Shown piece after piece: positions 51,394 through 64,000 of a DNA stretch of 64,000 nt. Numbering within the stretch: position 1 is the stretch's first letter; each line of letters opens with the position of its first letter. Location of the stretch: the NCBI GenBank assembly GCA_907165135.1, contig OU015569.1:8742001-8806000 (forward strand), written 5' to 3'. Below the pieces are notes generated by a model. It saw nothing but the letters and a program-made list of their open reading frames with translations. It was not told where the DNA came from and searched no databases. This DNA is from Oikopleura dioica (lineage: Eukaryota; Animalia; Chordata). The position numbers were made by a program, and so were the translations under genes.

Positions 51394-52735
51394 TCAAATT
51401 AGACCCGTTCCTTTTGGCTCTTCTTCTTCTTCTTCTTCTTCAGAGACGGTCTCGTACTCACTCTCAGTATCGTCTGTTTCGTAGGACTGCTCGTTGAATG
51501 CTTGAACTTGCGACGTTGTTTGCTGAGGAGCTTGAGACCTTTGAGATTGGTTCTGGGAGGCTGGAGGAAGTGGTTGAGAGGCGGTAGTTTGTTGCGAGTT
51601 AATACTCGCTACAGAAGGCTGAGAAAGCGAATGGCTTGATGACTGCGTCGGTGGTCTTTTCGGAACGTTGCTTGCACTAGAAAGGAATATATTAGAGCTC
51701 AGTAGCCGAGGAAATTTTACCTGAAATGACTCATCGGGACCGATGATGTTGAGTTATATGTTGACGTTGCCAAAGTGGGTTGTTGATGGCTCATATTGGC
51801 GAGGGCATTTGCAGTAGAGTGCATTCCAATGCCGGCATGGGTCGTCATATGGGGGTTTAGCAACTTCTCGAACTCCTAAAAAGTCTGGAGAGCCTGACAG
51901 TAGCTTGTCAGTACCTTGATATCGTCGTCAGGACTCATTTGAGTCACTTTTTGCATACACTGGGACCATTGCTCTAGGCTTTTGGCTGCATACGTCAATT
52001 CTATTCGACAATATTCAGTGATCACTTCTTTGACGTCTTTTAGTCGTTGTGCTTCAAAATCCAAAACGCGCTCTTTCATAAGCTGCGTTTGTGCGGCAAC
52101 TGAATTCGAAAGAATCTGTAGCTCGTGGCTATGTTGTGCCTGAGTAAACGTTAATTCGGTAATAAATCGAGTTTGATAAGTACCTGTTGCTGCATATTTC
52201 CATTTGCTTTCTTAATCTTATTGGCCTTTTTGATTTCATCCTTCTGTTGCTTCTCAAGTTTCTTGATCTCACTCTGCGAAAAAAACATTAGCTGCCGATT
52301 GTTAAAGTAGAAAATTACCTTCGCGCTCTTGCATTTCATGCCGTAACCTGACAAAATCGGCACCACTTTCTGCTTCATTTGGTCGATCTAAGATAGGATA
52401 GATGATTTGTCAAACAGGTTAATATTACGTAAGCCTGGCGGTAGTCTTGCACCGCTGAAACATGCTCCGCAAAGTGGTGCAGCTCCTTTAAACTCGTTCC
52501 ATATTCTTCGTTTCCGTAAGCCACGCATCCATGGGCAAGGCGGTCGGCAATGTCTCTGATCTTCTCGTGCTTTACGTTTATATTGCCGATGCTCTCGCAC
52601 ATCTTGCCCAGATGCTTTTCAGCGCGCTGGACTGCATCCGTCGCGACTTTTTGGCTCAGAGTCCTTGAATTATTGTTAAGCCCAAAACGATAGTGACAGG
52701 ACAGAGAGGGAACACCGATTATAACTACTGGAGAT
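51394..52735 (-). CDS. CIBAR1: CBY1-interacting BAR-domain protein (FAM92/CIBAR); start exon not located
   Basis: VQRAEKHLGKMC..KIRDIADRL..FAEHVSAVQDYRQA..KVVPIL.GYG..FEAQRLKDVKEVITEYCRIELTYAAKSLEQW matches FAM92; low-complexity Q/S/E tail ending TGA 51394-51396. Confidence 0.85.
51421..51441. repeat. (TTC)7 microsatellite encoding a poly-Glu run in CIBAR
   Basis: ttcttcttcttcttcttcttc; GAA codons on the minus strand. Confidence 0.9.
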
Positions 52736-55144
52736 GATGACTAAACACAAAGCACAATCACTAATAAAATTACAGGTTATGCTCAAGATGAGCTCGGATA
52801 AAAGGCGCTCTCGCCAAGGTCCGGGATATCGAGCTATAGGAAAGAGTTAGAATCACATACCCCTGGGCAGAGGCCTCGCTGAAATCATAATCAACTATTT
52901 GTGACTGGGTTGTGTTCATTTCAAGAGTAAGAAAAATAGCGAAAAAGGCAAGCAAAGAAATTGCAGTCGGGTTAGTTTCTCAATAGCAAATATTTGTCGC
53001 GTAAGTACTTACACCATGCTCTTGTTTGCAGCCGACTCCATACTCAAAGTTCAGTCTAAGAGAGAAATGTAAAGAGCTGAAGGCAACTCTGACTCTCTGT
53101 ACAGAATAATTTTAATTGCAATAAAATAATAGTTGCGTGGTATTTCTATTTCGCATCGAGCATACATTCAGAACGCATTCTCGTACTCGAAGAAGCTAAG
53201 ATAACTGCATCAATATTTTCTAATTGTTGTAAATTAGGATCCTCGAATTCTTGTGTGTTATGTTAATGTTAACGCAAGAACTGCTCTATAATCGTTTTTG
53301 CAAGTCGCCGTCGACGACGAGTCGCGCGAAATGAATGCTGTAAATAGGTCATGCATGAAGTCTCGCTAATAGCTCATTCTTTCTTGCAGAAAAACGATGC
53401 ACACTATTTTTGCGTAAACCTTTTTGATTTCAATACCTGCAAAAACAACACTCGAGGGTTTAGAATTTTTTTCGTCTATTTCATTGAAAAGAATAACTGA
53501 ATCTGTTTTTCCTAGAGTCGAATAAGATTTTTTTAACAAAGACAGCGACAACAACAACACAACTTACAGTAGTTACTCAGAACGGAGAAATGAAAGTTAA
53601 GTGTTTGGTTATGTTCTAGCTCAAGAAGCAGTCTAGAGCTGGGATCATAAGAAATTGCAGGAAGCCGTCGTGGCGGGTCATAGCGGGTGACTAAGCTGCT
53701 CTGACCACCGCGCATGATATGAATTATCGAAGTGATGCTACTTTAGCTTAAGCTGTTCGAATTCTTTTTAAATAACACCCTTAAGGGCTAATTTGAAGAG
53801 GAATGGGTCGCACGAGTTTTTGTTTCGTAAAAGAAAGCACTCATCTATCGGCAAGGCGAAATCGCTCGAAGAAAAAAATCGAAGTAGGATAGGCGCCAGA
53901 AAGCGGTAGGCTTCGAAAGAGTTGGCGCTTGACGATAGATGAAAATAGTGGTAGCAATCGTGGTGAATAGTCATTGGGATAAGATGGGCAGATTGATGAT
54001 GCCTCTGCGATGCAAAAACCTTGCTTTGGGCGAGCCACAGGTTAAAATGCACTTAGGAGTCTGAATCTAGCCGAAGATGGTGAATCGATGTTTTTATTTT
54101 AATTTAAGCCAGATGGTGGATCGTAATAATATTGGCGGATGAGCTACTTAATTATGATGATAGGTACTGATAAAGCGAAAGCGGCGCTCTAGTGACTAGA
54201 ACATTTTCCCAAAGCTAGAGCGCAAAAGTGATCGCAAAACAGCTCGACAGTAGCTTCTTTTCTTTGTTTTTATATTTAAATGGGTTTAAGACGGTGCATT
54301 TTAGAGATGTATTGCGTCAGGCAGAGCTAGTACAAGGCGTTTCAAAATTGGTGTTGAAAATCGTTTCAGTCACAAAAGATAGAAAAATGACGCAGCGAAG
54401 AGTACTCAACTCTAGCCGACTAAATGCGTTAATACTTAAAAAATAATCACAAATAATTAATTAAATGAAAATAGAAAAAACTGTGATCATATTCAATTTA
54501 AGCGAAGTCACCGAACGAAGAGGGGCATTTGAACGCACGCCACCCCGTTGAGCGCCCTGTGTTCGGTTGAAAATGCAAAGAACAGGGGACACACACAAGC
54601 GCAAGTTTTCAATTGAAAAAAATTAAGATGTCATATTTTTTTGTGGTTTTAATGGTGGTAAGATTATATTTTTTGTTCTTTTTTTTCTTTTTTGGCATGT
54701 TTTTACTTTACACATGACGCTAGTGAAGCTTATTTTTTTGTTCGGTTTTTTGAATCATCCCACCATAGATGTTATTTTTTGGTGACTTTAAGTGATGGTA
54801 AGCGAATTTCGATTTGATAAGGGGTTGTCGTGGAAACCATGATGTTATCCTAGCTCTAGAAATGGTGTAATAGGGGTCGAGAAAGGGGATGGATTTCCGA
54901 GAGTCCGATAATTGTGAAGGTAAAGGGAAGGGCCCGCTTTAAGCCCAGACAGATAAATAGCTTGGCGTGCGTTGTTAACTCAGATATTAGAAGTTGAATT
55001 TGGATCATGAATTTCGGCGGAGAAAAATCCTAGCCTTGGGATGCAGGGAAAAGATAGAAAATCAACCGACGAGAAGATGGTGAACGGTCGATGAGGGAGA
55101 ATAGGTCTCCAGAAACCTTGGCGCAAGGAGAATTTGTGGATCAT

Positions 55145-56707
55145 TTACTCTTGATCTTTGACGGGAGGAGCACCACCTTCGTTGGATCGTGAAGATCCAC
55201 CGCGGGCACCACCACGTCCGCGGCCTCGTCCTCCGCCACGTCCTCGTCCAGAACCGCGGTAATTGCCTCGTCCTCGGCCGCCACCACGGCCTCGACCACG
55301 GTAGCCACCAGATCTGGGCTTAGGGGCACCTTCCTCGTCAGTGCCAGCTGTTTGTTCGCGTTTCACTTCATCGGCGGATTCACCTGAAGTGTCTGAAGGA
55401 GCTTATCAAGACTCGTCATTGCATTGAAGTTACCTTTAGGCTTTCGAGCACGAGGTCGTCGTCGTCGTTGGCGTTCTTGGCCTTCTCCCTCTTTCTCGTT
55501 CTCAGTCTTTTCCGCCTTGGGTTTCTCTTCTTCTTGGTTTTCATTTTCGTTCTTGGACTTTCTACTTTGACATTATCTTTATTTCTTGAGAGAATAAGAT
55601 CTTACTTTTGGCGTCGGTTGTTTCGTGGAGCTCGTTTTTTCTCCTCGACGGGGGCATCTCCAGATGACTCGGGAGAACCTTAACAGAACATTGAACAAAA
55701 ATAAAACCCATTTTGCCATTACCGTCTTCATCCTTGCTACTTCGATCTCCTCGACCGTTAAATCGTCGTCGTGGTCTTCGGTAACGACGTCGGTCAGGAG
55801 CATACTTAGAGAGCTGTTTTCTCAACCGCGGTAGAAATATCCTACCTTGGAGCCTTCTACGGGTTGTCCCTCGGGGCCAGTGACGTTAGCAGCCTCGTTT
55901 CCTTTCTGTCCCTCGACAACATCGAATACAACTTTTTCGCCGTCGCCCACAGATCGGAGGAATTTTTTTGGGTTGTTTTTGACAATAGCAGTTTGATGAA
56001 CGAAAACGTCCTCATCGGTATCTTAAAAGCTCTTTTGAAAACGAAAGAAAGGTCTTCGTTACCGTCTCGATGAATAAAGCCATAGCCGTTGCGAACGTTG
56101 AACCATTTGACTTGGCCGGTTACGCCCGAGCACAAGATGACTCTGTCCTAAAATTTCTATTACAACAATGTCCGATGAGTAAAGATCAATCAAAGGAGTA
56201 AATCAACTCGCAATCAACGAGTAAAATTCGATCAAATAAAAATTGTGGCATCTGATTAGAGTACGTGCTAATCAAGAACCTTTCTTGGGATTTTAGGATT
56301 CTCAGACTTTGAATTCTTTTTGAGATCATCATTTTTGGCATTTTCGCTAACGGTTTTCTCGATTTCCTTTTTGATATCTGGCACATTTTCACTTTTTTTG
56401 GAAGTTGTTGCCTTGGGTTGAGAGTCACTCGGAAGCTGTGCACTTTTAGAATCAGAGCCCTTCTCACCTGCTTGAGGCCTTCCCGATTCATCGGGCTTAT
56501 TATCTTTGGCATTAACGGGTAATTTTGCCTCGATTTTGGCCTTTGAACTCTGATCATTTTTCAAACTCTTTTTCTATAATGTTAACTGACAACAGAGACT
56601 TGAGTCGAGCATACCTCAACGTCGGCTTCTTCTTCATGCTTGATAGTTGGTTTCACCTCCTTCTTGAGGGGTGCGTCACCAGCTTCAGACTTTTTGATGT
56701 CGCTCAT
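55145..56707 (-). CDS. YBX1: Y-box cold-shock domain RNA-binding protein
   Basis: [65 protein letters not shown]; Arg-rich islands and an RGG tail; ATG 56707. Confidence 0.9.
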
Positions 56708-57087
56708 CTGCGCAGAAAGCGATGTTTAGATCGTTCGAAGTTAGAAGACTGGTTTGGTTTTGATCCTTAATTAAGCTTTGAAGACCCGAGAAAGAAAATA
56801 AACTTACCTGTTGATATTACAGGGACAAGATGGTAAGATCCCGGCAGGGGTGGAGCCCTTGCTCTAAAATATCACGTAAGAATCGATCGAAAACATCATT
56901 AGTAGGTTGAATCATTGAAGGAACGTCAGTGTTTAATATAACAATCAATTACAGTAAACACCCGGATAAATAAGTTAACGAAATTCGTTTCGATAGAGAA
57001 TAGAGGAGGAGCATATTTGAACGTGTACGAGTTGTTGTAACTAAGAAATAACTTAATCGAGCATTTAACAGTGTTTGAACTTTCAGC

Positions 57088-58189
57088 TTAGAGCTTCTCG
57101 GTCATCTCAGGAAGAGCCTTGAAAAGATCCTGAACGAGGCCGTAATCAGCCACCTGGAAGATTGGTGCATCAGCATCAGTATTAATCGCGACAATAGTCT
57201 TGGAGTCCTTCATACCAGCCAAATGCTAAAATCATGATTTGAAATTTCAGTAATAGGCGTTGAAGTACCTGAATAGCACCAGAAATGCCGGCAGCAATGT
57301 AGAGCTCTGGAGCGACGATTTTGCCAGTCTGGCCGACTTGCATGTCGTTTGGAACGTATCCAGCATCAACAGCGGCTCGGGAAGCACCGACACCAGCTCC
57401 AATCTTGTCAGCAAGAGGATACAAAACAGTCTCGAAGTTCTCAGTGGACTTCAAAGCTCGTCCACCAGCGACGACCTAAACAGACAGCTAAAAACTTTCG
57501 TCGGAAGAGGGTAAAACCTTGGACGCAGAGGAGAGCTCTGGTCGATCGCTAGCAGTCAACTCCTGGCCGACAAACTTAGAAAGATCGGAGGCACCAACAG
57601 CTGGGGCATCTTCGACGGCAGCGGAACCACCCTCTTCAGCAGGAGCGAAGTTGGTTGGACGGACGGAAAGGATCTTGATGGGATCAGCGGACTGAACAGT
57701 GGCGATAGCGTTCCCGGCATAGATTGGCCGCTGGAAAGTATCCTCAGATTCAATCTCGATAACGTCGCTGATCTGGTTAACGTCCAAGAGAGCAGCAAGT
57801 CGAGGCAAGATGTTCTTGGCATAGGGAGTGGCAGGGCCAACGACGTGAGTGGCACCAGAGGCAACCTGGACCTCCTTGAGAAGAGGAGCAACGACCTCGG
57901 CGACGCCACCCTTGTACTGAGCGCCAGAGGCGGCAAGTACTCGTGTCACACCGCTGACAGAAGCGAGGATCTGTGCGGCGGCGGAAGCATCCTCAGCAGC
58001 AACTAGAAATATTTACATAGAAGGACTAGTCATAGAATTATACTTACCAACAACAGAGATGTCACCGCCAAACTTGGAAGCCGCACTGATGGCAGAGAGG
58101 CTTGAAGCCTGCAACTCGCCAGCAGCATTGACTTCAGCGAGAACGAGAGAAGAGGCAGCTCGAACTCGGGACGAAAACGCTCGCAACAT
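57088..58189 (-). CDS. ETFA: Electron transfer flavoprotein alpha subunit
   Basis: [110 protein letters not shown]. Confidence 0.97.
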
Positions 58190-58260
58190 TCTAAAGAGGC
58201 ATTTCATAAATAACAAGAAAATTTTGAAGGCAAATGAAAACAAAGTAGTTTTGGAAATAA
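58190..58260 (-). promoter_or_regulatory. Candidate trans-splice acceptor / intercistronic region upstream of ETFA
   Basis: U-rich tract ending TCTTTAG one base before the ETFA ATG; no upstream donor or non-coding exon apparent in the 236-nt gap after the FLII stop. Confidence 0.45.
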
Positions 58261-58425
58261 TCACTTTCAGGTAAGGCAAATAGATTTGGTTGTCATTGAG
58301 TGTGAAGAAAACACGGCATGCTGAAATGAGGAAAGTTGAATTGAATTTTTGTGGAATAGAAAAGACACAATCCTAGAACAGGGAATAGGAGACTGAGGGA
58401 GGAAGATCTCAATCTCGATGAAAAG

Positions 58426-61400
58426 TTACCACGCTCTCCACCCGTGGAAGCATTGTTTGAAGTCAGCGACTTCGTTTCCTTTGCGAACCGCTTTGAGCTT
58501 CCGCGAAGGGGCACCTTTCGCTTTTAAATGCTGAATCCAGTGTGATTATAAATAACGAATAAGGTGAATACTTGTAGATAAACGGCGGCTGCTTTGAGAC
58601 CGAATTTAACCTCGGTTTGCGAAGCGGAGCTGCCCACCCACAAATACAGAATCGCGCCAGTATCAAGAAGCATGACGTCATCATCTTGGAGATCAGCTTG
58701 ACAGAAATCAGAACATTTTTCAGAAACGTTGAAATATCCGGTTTCGTTAGTACATCTGAATGTTTGAGTCGTTGTGAATATTCTAATCCGTTTATATAAT
58801 ACCTGAATAATCGGGATATTCGGAGATATTCAGCATCGCCAGGATATTGAGGCAACCCTCTGCTGATATCAGCGCCTATGCCAACCCAAAAGAAGTTCTC
58901 TGGCTCCTCTCCCTCGTTGATAACTTGCTTTGAATAGCGCTTGAATTCTATCGGTAGATGATCATCCATCAAGCTTCCCATGATAGTGGCCTCCCTCGGT
59001 TCTGCGCAACGGCCGATCCAGCCATAAACCATTCCACTTCCGCCGCCGGAGAATGGGACGATCAGAATATGACAGAATTCAGAATTAAGCGAGGCGGGTT
59101 CACAAGCAACCTTAATGACAGCAATAGTCAAAAGAAAATAATCTCTTTGCTTGCCTGGACGGTACGAGTGGTGAACATTGATCCTGTCGAGCGTGTCTGT
59201 AGCAGCAATGGCTCTCGCTTCGGTAACTCGATGTTTTCGCGATTGGCTATTTTCTCGCGTTGAGCTTTCGTGAATCGCTTGCCGTTCATGATGATAAAGT
59301 TTCCATCGAAATGACTCAAGAACTTTTCGCCCTCTTGCTGCTGTCTCATACGCCTAATTACGAGTTTGTCGGCGAACATTTCCTCGAGGTTCTTTTGCAG
59401 AGTGAACGTAAATGTTAACCAGCCGAGCTGATTAGCATCACGTCCCTCCCAGAAGTACACGATAACTTCTAGATTGTCCTCTTCCTCATCTTCTTCGTCA
59501 GAGCCTTCAGACTCTTCTTCGTCTTTGTCTGGTGGGTAAAGATACCTGCACACAAAGACGTAGCAGTTTTGAGAGTAGAATTGGCCCTTCTCTTCTTCTG
59601 GCAGATGAACAAACTTCTTGCCCTCAAGCACAAAGCATTTCATCGACTCCAAATCCTCAGCCCATTCTTCGCCAATTTCGACCGCTTCCTCGTATGGCAT
59701 TACTCGTTGACGAGGCAAAAAAAGAGCAGACATATCAGCCGCATTTGCCTTAACCACTCAATAAGACAATAATTTCTTGAACACTCAATTACCTGTCTAT
59801 CTTTTCGAAGCTGTAGTTCCTTCTCAGGCACCGTGTCGACAGCTTTCGAGTAGTCGATGTTGAGTACGTTATCCCATCCTTTGAACATGTGCCTAAAACC
59901 AACACTCTCAGTGCCTTCAAGCTCCTTGGTGACGCGGATGTCTATCGCCGGCCTGCCGGGCAATTTAGACATTTCCGAGGCTAATTTCCAGGCAGCAGCT
60001 CGCGCGAGACGCTGGGAATGCTTTCCGATCCACACGAAGATCTGTCCAGTGCAATCAAGTATGTAGACGCCCTTAGAGTCCAGCAGTGAGGGCAACAGAC
60101 GGAGGTGTGGGAGGAGATTGAGTCGCGGTTGATTTTTAGGATCATGGTCGATCGACGTTCGATAGTTGAGCTGAGGTAGCTCGAGGTATCCTGAGCCAAG
60201 ACAAACTTTGTACAGACGAGGACTGCGCGGACCTCGGTATTGCTGCAATTCCAAAGGCCGAACCTTGTCTTAAATGATCGGTTGAGAACAAAGACTCTAG
60301 TTGCTGATGTTTACCTGGCATGCCGCCTAGCAATTGCCAGAACTCGCTCTCTTCGTAGCCCTGATAAACCAGAATTACTTCGGAGAGGCCCTTGCGCTCG
60401 TATTTGTTGATTTTGTCAGCAATGAGACGACATTTTGATTTTACCACATTTTTGGCCATCATTCCAAGCCAACAATAAATAATCTTTCCCGTATCTAAAA
60501 TGCAGGTGAAAATACTCGCTTCTTTGTGAAATCATACCGAGAATCAGGCATTGCTTTGCGTGGAGAGACGTCGGTTTCAACGGAACTGGATAGATACGCG
60601 GAGCGGCTGCATCTTCAACGCAGTACAGTCTGATTTCGAAAGCGGCTTTTTCTACAAGGTAAAATCCACTTTCGGAGCCACCAGCGATGTACTGAATGTC
60701 GTCCTCGAAGAGGTCGAGGAACTCGTCATCCTCGTCATTCATTTCTACCATCGCGGTCATCAAATGTGTCATCCCTCGTTACTTAAATGTGAGGAAAGGC
60801 GAACCTTTCTATGACTACCCATGGTAGTCCCTCGTCAAGTACTGTAATTATCATTGCATTAAGACGACAAAGAAAACTCTCAAGTTTAATCCTCTAAAAA
60901 TCATGCGACTTGAATTCTGATTGGTCCATACGTTGGCTATTTGCAGAAGTATCCCGGACAAAGATCTCGAAAAGAAACAAATTTTGAGCAAGTGTAAAAT
61001 TTCAAATTTCGATCTTTTTCAGTGCTCGATCTGCGTCGGCGCCTACGCCTTGCGCGACGCATTTTTTCGCATTTTCCCGAAAAAGCAAAGCCCTGATCTA
61101 ACTCTTCATAATTTCAACACTTGTTATCAGTGAAGCGTGCTATAAATAATGTACTACCACTTCCTTCATAGTAAGATAAGAATAATAAGTAAAAAAAAAA
61201 TTCTTATCACCGAAATTGACAATAGCTTGATGACCGTTCCTTGTCTAGACGTTCTGCTCTTCGCTTGAAGCATGTTCCTCAAGTTCACTGCGTGCATCGC
61301 GGCGCAGGCTTTCTTATCCAAAGAAGCGTCGTCTCCGATCCAGAAGAAAATTTTATGCTCGAGGTCTCTGTTCTCCAAAAGAATCGATTGCAGGATAATG

Positions 61401-62962
61401 TAGCAGTCGCCCGTGTAGAATTTGCCGTGGAGGGTATCATCTTGCAATACTGGGTAAAAGTTATCTATTTGCCAGACTGTGACGCCAGGCGATTGTCCAG
61501 TGAACTCGTCGAACACGCCATTGTAGTCTAGTGTTGGACCCTTGAGGTTGTCCATCCAAGATTTTCCTCCAGTGATTTCGTTGTCGAGATCGGCATCGCC
61601 CTTGCCTTCGATCTCCTTGAGACCGGCAAGCACTTTGTTGGCGTCACCTTTTTGCGAGTCGCCGTTGGGTCCAACAGACTCGCGAATTTTACGAAGCTTA
61701 ATGCGCCGCTCATACTTCTTCTGCGAGGTGTTTTCTTCTTTCTTCTCGGGCAGCTGGCCCATGCGGCGCAGCTGAGCATCGTAGCTCATTTCATCTTCTT
61801 TCTTACTTTCTGACGGTTTTGGTGGCATGACAAAGGAGGGATTGTTGCGCACATCCAAATCGCGTAGATTTGGCATGAAATGGATCGACTCCGGCAGAGT
61901 TATCAACTTGTTGTTGTTCAGCGTCATCTTTCTGAGCTTGATGCAGCGCGTCAATCCTTCGGGGACAGTCTCAAGGATGTTAAACGCCGCCGAGAAGACT
62001 TCCAAATTGCCAAGCTTGCCGATACTTCTCGGGATGCCCTCAAAGTCAAACTGGTTCTCGGAAATGTAGAGGGACGTTAGCTGCGTGAGCTTCTGAAGAG
62101 ACGCCGGTAAGGACGTGAGTTTGTTATTGCTTAGGTTGAGGTTGCGAAGATGGTGCCACTTGTCAATCTGGAGGTGCACCTCACTGATATCGTTATTAGA
62201 CAGATTGATCCGGCGCAGTTGTATGCATTCGAAAAGGCAATCAGGGATCTCCTGCAACTGATTGGAACTCAGGTCGATCACTTCCAGTGTCTGCGCCAAA
62301 CCTTCGAAAGACTGGGGTAAATTTGCAGCAGTTCGCTGAGTATTTGATAAATATAACTCCTTGAGTGCGATGAGCGATGGAAGCTGTCTCAATTGCGCGA
62401 ATCCTAGCGGATTGTTTGATATGTTCATGATACGAAGACTAGATAGACGTCTCATTTGAGCAGGCAGCGTCTCAAGTTGGTTGCCAGACAAGTCCAAATG
62501 CATCAGATCGCAGAGATTGACGAATGTTGTCTGCGGAATTTCAGAAATTTGGTTGTCGGCGAGATTGAGCACGAGTAAGCCTTCCGCTTCCTCCAGTCGC
62601 TCAGGAACGGCGCGGAGCTTGTTCTTCTGCAGATCGAGCACATTGAGCTCTTTGTGAAATATCTCCGGCGGGAGAGAGGTCTCAAGAATCAAGTTACTCT
62701 TCGCAATAAGGCTTTTAAGGTTGGGTAGCTCGGAGAGATCTTCTAAACTCGCTAGCTGGTTGAAGGATATATCAAGTTCCTCAAGATTTTTGCAGGAAAC
62801 AATTTCAGCCGGAAGCACTTTCAAGCCCGTTCGCGCCAGCTTCAACCATCTTACATTTTGGAGTTCTTTAAGCTGCTCTGTGTCTCCAAGCTTGGTGGTG
62901 TCCCCGATCGGAAATCGAGTCAGGTCGATTCCACGGAGGAAGGACAAAACTCCGGAGGCCAT
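58426..62962 (-). CDS. FLII: Protein flightless-1 homolog (LRR + gelsolin repeats)
   Basis: N-terminal LRRs ([18 protein letters not shown]..), then [96 protein letters not shown]; stop 58426-58428. Confidence 0.96.
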
Positions 62963-63209
62963 TATTGCATACTAGGATTGTAAAGTAACAGTCGATTGTA
63001 GCGAGCTTATTCCCTTGGGGAAGGGATTACAGAAAAGGCTTCTTTATGGAGTAAATTGCACAGATATAAATTTTAAGTTAGAGCAACAGTTTTTGAGTTT
63101 TGGAAGTAAAGCTAGAAAAAGAGACGGAAAATGGAAACAAAAGGTCCAGTTCGCTGGACAGAGCGAGTCGGAATTGAATTAAACGGAAGACGATGAATCA
63201 TTTATTCTT

Positions 63210-64000
63210 TTAGTGAATGGGAAAAGTAAGGCCAAGCTTGAGTCGACTCGAGAACTCTTCTTTTGGAGCTTTCCGAGAAGTGTAGTGAACGTCGGTCGAT
63301 CCTCATGTTTGAAGGCCCAGCAAGATCTTACGATTTCGAACATGCTCATCGGGCAATTCAGCGGCTTTGGTAGTCGCTAAAATAATGTAAAACACAGTGG
63401 CTACTAGAAAAGTTTATAAAATCATGAAACTTACACAGCCCTCTTGAAGTGCATTGAAAAGTTCAACTAGAGTTAGATGGGACTTCTTTTCGGCATTTTT
63501 GTACTCAGGGCGTTGACCGTAGGAGAATATCTCCCAGAGAGTGACGCCAAAACTCCACACATCGGATGTGTAGTGGTACGACTGATCCTTTATGCATTCA
63601 GGCGCGTACCACTGAACAGGAAACTCTTCTGGGTTACCTCTGTAGTACGTTTTTGTCGCTAGAAAAATTACTAACAACAAATCTTGGATAAAAAACTCAC
63701 CGTCGACTCTTCGACTAAGACCGAAATCGCTTATTTTTGCAACAAGTGTGATTTTGTCGGGATCTAATGAACAGGCTTGAGAGGCGACCATTACGTTTCT
63801 CGCAGCCAAGTCTCGGTGTATTTTGCCCTTGGAGTGGATGTACTCCATGCCTTCGCAGATTTGAATTGAGAATGCAAACAGCTGCTCGAAAATTGAGTCG
63901 AAAGGTACTTCCTGAATATTTATATTTAGTTTCCTTGCCTTGCGATTTCTAGATAAAGTTTGGTTGTTTTCAATATCCAGAATTTACATGAGAACATCTC
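63210..64000 (-). CDS. 3' part of a tyrosine kinase (SYK/ZAP70/SHARK- or JAK-like kinase domain)
   Basis: QICEGMEYIHSKGKIHRDLAARNVMV..AKISDFGLSR..YY..FPVQWYAPECI..SDVWSFGVTLWEIFSYGQRP..RLPKPLNCP..CW...RPTF. The gene continues beyond the window. Confidence 0.85.

Noticed and set aside
52770-53030. Hydrophobic ORF upstream of CIBAR (possible small secreted peptide or CIBAR first exon)
   Set aside because: Splice phases could not be reconciled with either interpretation.
60815-60845. Loose resemblance of the minus strand (UACUUGACGAGGGACUACCAUG) to the U1 snRNA 5' end
   Set aside because: No intact ACUUACCUG, no loop I/II sequences and no Sm site.

Overview
Compact eukaryotic (chordate-type) genomic DNA; no prokaryotic features, CRISPR arrays, rRNA/tRNA genes or recognisable transposase/RT ORFs were seen. 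Very short introns (mostly ~37-100 nt), many non-canonical GA-AG/GC-AG/GG-AG introns and tight gene packing point to a larvacean tunicate such as Oikopleura (inference). About 22 protein-coding loci were reconstructed by hand-splicing. The dominant feature is a >5,680-aa apparently secreted protein (5823-23418, +). It has a fibrocystin-L/PKHD1L1-type scaffold (IPT/TIG repeats, PA14, two G8 domains, beta-helices) with inserted mucin CysD (WxxW), PAN, two kringle, EGF, C-type-lectin-like and beta-trefoil-like modules. It ends in a complete ZP module plus furin site instead of a transmembrane tail, and carries several polybasic cleavage sites. It lies in a run of secreted-protein genes (PAN-like, a basic secreted protein, a fibrinogen-related protein) that could be an extracellular-matrix or 'house' gene cluster. 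Its long upstream non-coding region contains three unrelated 22-bp elements with an identical overlapping double-palindrome geometry. The right half holds CACNB, a degenerate PLA2-fold gene, SUCLG1 (with a 1-nt frameshift), PLK1 (DMG instead of DFG), a TSSK-like kinase, a furin-like convertase, CIBAR/FAM92, a Y-box protein, ETFA, FLII and the 3' end of a tyrosine kinase. Exon boundaries were derived by eye and need RNA-seq confirmation.
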